Shown here: positions 60,204-64,000 of the stretch, piece by piece | How positions within the stretch are numbered: the first letter of the stretch is position 1 | Layout of the letters: each line of letters opens with the position of its first letter | Assembly: GCF_964355755.1 (NCBI RefSeq) | Contig: NC_092673.1 | Span: forward strand, 8,680,001-8,744,000 | Direction: 5' to 3' | DNA: 64,000 bases | DNA from: Antedon mediterranea | Taxonomy: Eukaryota; Animalia; Echinodermata | Made by a program: the position numbers and the translations under genes | The notes under the pieces: generated by a model | Seen by the model: only the letters and a program-made list of their open reading frames with translations | What the model was told of the DNA's origin: nothing | Database searches by the model: none

Positions 60204-63099
60204 ACTGTAATTATTATATCAAATATGTTTACAAAACTAAAGTTGTAAAGAAGTAATTATCAACTGTTTCATTAGGTGTAGACTTTGTTACTTACATTGC
60301 CGGCTAGCCATGCCATCCAACACCGGATCCAACATTAACTCTACTTGTTTGTAGTAACTGTTTTTACAAATTAGTGCTTATGAAATAACTGTAAAAACAT
60401 TGTCCCAACAACAGATTTCTGTCTTTCGTTCTAAAATATACTGTATTATATTATTATTTATTTAATTATTAATATCAGTCAGTTTTTATCATTTGAATAA
60501 ATTGTTCATTATGTTTTTCTATAATTTTGTTGAGCGTAGAAATATTGTCAAAATAAATTACTTTATTCTTTTTACAGTTTAATCTTGTGTGCACTCGACA
60601 AATGAGGAACGATAGATCACAAGGAAGTAAATTATTTGTACAATCCTCCATTTAATATTTAAACAAAACAGGATGTAACTTTTTTCATTTTGCTTTATCA
60701 TATTAAGCATAATTAACATAACAAAAGTAATAAAAATCACTTGATGATCTAATAAAGTTATTACTGTACTGATTGTAAACAAATTTTCTTTATTTTTCAT
60801 TTATTTTATGACATCATCTTTAAAAATGGTTTCCATAATAATGGACACAATGTCGATTGTGTCGCCTACACATGTGATTGGAGGCGCTCATCCATCAATT
60901 CGTCGCAAACAAAATGTTGACGCCTTGCAATTTGTCTGCGACAATTCTAATCGCTGACCAATTATACACCGATTTTAACCAATGTGTAAAATGCTCAATA
61001 AACTTCAAAATTGCAATTCAGTTTCTTATATTGCGGTTCCTCATCGAACGCCTTATTCCTGAATCATAATTGACTATAATAAACAAAATAAATAGGATAG
61101 GAAGCGTTTTCGAGATATAATGGGTCAAAGTTCAAAATTAATCAATTACAACAATGTATATGTAGCCTATTATAACAAATTTATGGAAGCACAATTTGGT
61201 CTTTTATTACATTTTTATGATTATAGGTGTCTATTCAATCACCTTATGAAAAAAAATCATTTGTGATTAGGGTCAAATGTTAATATTGACCAATCATAGA
61301 ATGTCCCTATAAAACCAAATAAAAACTAATATTTAACAAAAATTGGATGTTTTCTCATCCTGTTAATCAATCATACGCAATGTAAAACAGCAAATACATC
61401 ATTTCATCAGTTGACATAAGGTCAATTTCATCAGTTGACATAAGGTCAAATGTCAACATTTCAATATGCATAATTACAATAGTTAGTTACCAAATAAATG
61501 CAAAGTTGTCCAAACTATGATATTGATGGTTTTACAAGTAATCAAAATATTTGATCAGTAAAGTTATGTTATTTCATTACAATTTTAATCAATATAATTA
61601 TAATACTGTAATTAATCAAATCAGAATTAAAATGTTACGCTGACCTTGAATAAAATAAATGGTTAAAGCACAACTTTTTTCAAAATTCATTTTGCAAAGA
61701 TTGGTCAGAACATGGTTGTGCAGGCCTGCAATATTCATTTTGAGGCTTATTTGATCTTGTTTATGTTTGCAATATATAATTTTGGTTTTTATTTGTCTAG
61801 GTACTCAAATAACTGAGAATAATTAGTTATGTACTAGTCAATCTGTGCACCAAAATACAATTATGTGGTTTAGATTTGGTAGCTTTGTAAAGTTTACGGA
61901 TTAGTTTCCATTGGTTTTTCACAGACGCCTTGAGAACTTGGGTGGATAAGCGTCTAACAAATCTTACTATATATTATTGGTTATAACTTTTTTCATTCCC
62001 ATTGCAATCAGAACAGAACAGTTCATAGTTCAACTGGTACGTCTAGAATATGTATATACCAACCTTAGTTATAGATAATAGATAAATCTGGAACCCATGT
62101 CCATGAATGATTTTCTGGACTATCCAAACTAGCCGGTTCATTAAAATGATTCTAAAATAGATGATTAACTCTGACTTTCGTTGTAGAGCGCACATGTTTC
62201 ACAACTTCAAGACACTATTCTGTGAAGATTTCGGTCATTTGGTCTAGTTCTGCAAAACATTTGTGATCTATCTCTATACGTGACCACCAGGATTGATTTC
62301 TGATTTCTCGTTCGAAAAAAGGAAGAGACATAATCATTTACACTCAAAGCATTGCTTTTTTATATTAGTTGACATTGACTTGGTTCGTTTAGTCTCCGAC
62401 CCTTGTCGGTGAAGTTAACCTACTTTTGCATTGTCGAAAATAAAGGTGGGGATGGGGTTGACTGGGCTGGACCAACCTGGATCTGTCTATGCCCTATCCT
62501 GTGGATGAATTGATATTCTCTGATTCTGATGAATAGTAGTTTATTGTCCAAATAAGAATATTGTAGCCCTAATAAATGCAACTGTGTAGTGGCAAATCAT
62601 TGAAGGTCAGCGTAACATTTTAACATCAAAGCATTTTAACAGTCATAATATTATTATTTATTTTACAGTATTATAATATTAAAATAATGCGCACTAGAAA
62701 AATACCATAACTTCCACTGATCAAATAACGTGATTACATTTATAGACCATCGATCTCATAGTTTGAATAACTTTGCATTATATACTTATATAATAATAAT
62801 ATACGGTATTTAGTATATCACTTGTTAACATGTTGACCTAGTCAACTGGTGTAATGATGAATGTGCTCTTTTGATTGTGTATGATTGATTGATGTCTTAA
62901 CAGAATTATAAAACATTTTGTCTTAAATGTTAGTTCTTATTTGGTTTTATAGGTAAATATTGACCTTTAATTGCAAAGGATTTTTTTTCATAAGTTGATT
63001 GAATAGACACCTATAACATGACCTTTTAAATTTTAAGCTCCGCCTTCTAATTTGCATGTTAAAACGTTCTGTAGGCCTACGACGCTTGGGTAGGCTCAG

Positions 63100-63511
63100 C
63101 TCACAAAAAATTTTTTTCGACACAAATAATTCAGTCCACGCGAATTGAATTTTGTCGACACAAACTGAATTCTGTAGACACAAAATGAATTCTGGTAACA
63201 CAAAAATGGATTTTGTCAACACAAAATGAATTCTGTCGACACAAAATGAATTCTGTTATCACAAAATGAATTCTGTTGACACAAAATGGAATAAATTCTG
63301 TCTACATAGAATTCATTTTGTTGTGACACAGAATGAATTCTGTCCCTACAAAAGTAATTCTGTTCACGACATAACCAAAGTATGTCTTTTTCTAAGAACA
63401 TAATTAATTTTGTATGGTCAGAATTAATATTCTGATTAAACAGAATTAATTATGTATCACATAATTGTATTTTGTCGACAAAATTAGCAATGGCCCGAAC
63501 GGCGCCCCGTA
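63100..63511. mobile_element. IS3EU-like terminus with subterminal repeats of about 20 bp
   Basis: Array of CACAAAATGAATTCTGT ending in GGCGCCCCGTA (TACGG on the minus strand); the other end was not found. Confidence 0.5.
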
Positions 63512-64000
63512 CACCACAGCCGCTCTCTCTCCTCTCTCTGCTGCTGTATGTTGGTGGTTCTGTTGTTTCGTCGTCGAGACTTTGTACTTGACTGGATCCC
63601 GCTGTGAAAACGGTAGTTGGGCCCGTACAGTAGTAGGCCTAGGGACATTATTTATGAAAATAAAACATTATAAAAAGTAAGGTAAGTGACATTATCCAAT
63701 TAATAATATACAATAGGCTTAGGGTTATGCTAGCCTAGACCTGGCTGTTGCCTACCTAGAATCCTATCACTGCATCTAGGCCGGGATATGACTGTTTCGG
63801 CCACAGACAGTTTCGGCCACAACAACCGTGCTATTGTTTTTGCTATTAGTTATCGCATCTGATGCTTTGTTGTATAGTATTTTTTTTTTGGATTTATTAG
63901 ATTTGTTGTTTCCATTCCAGTTTAGTTGTATCATGGAGTCTTGGCGAAAGACAATTTCAACTGTCAGTGACACAGTTAAATACTCTCTTAGTACAGACGT

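Noticed and set aside
63465-63687. ORF 63465-63680 or a first exon with donor AG|GTAAGT at 63682
   Set aside because: The ORF starts within a transposon end and has no recognisable domain; a non-coding first exon is possible but cannot be supported without the downstream sequence.

Overview
AT-rich animal genomic DNA with GT-AG introns, probably a marine invertebrate (the taxon is an inference). Two intact spliced genes lie tail-to-tail. (1) A + strand BTB-BACK-Kelch gene resembling IVNS1ABP: 10 coding exons from 10708 to 40819, about 662 aa, all splice phases consistent. (2) A - strand selenoprotein F gene (SELENOF/Sep15): 5 coding exons from 56977 to 48411, 152 aa, with an in-frame TGA in a C-G-U motif (50104-50106) and a SECIS in the 3' UTR (48010-48080). 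The rest is mostly transposon debris: a dead intron-containing hAT/ZNF862-like transposase with nested insertions, an Academ-like remnant, a Penelope-like retroelement with an inverted pLTR carrying a hammerhead ribozyme, many TIR elements (pogo/Tc1-, Harbinger-, hAT-, Merlin-, ISL2EU-, IS3EU-like), LINE/SINE 3' ends and several tandem arrays. A degraded membrane-helix + Roc/COR-like pseudogene lies at 58.2-60.2 kb. The most unusual observations are a 7 x 74-bp hairpin array with SECIS-like features in the last SELENOF intron, two separate hammerhead families, and concentric inverted repeats in SELENOF intron 1. All calls are by eye; no searches or folding programs were run.
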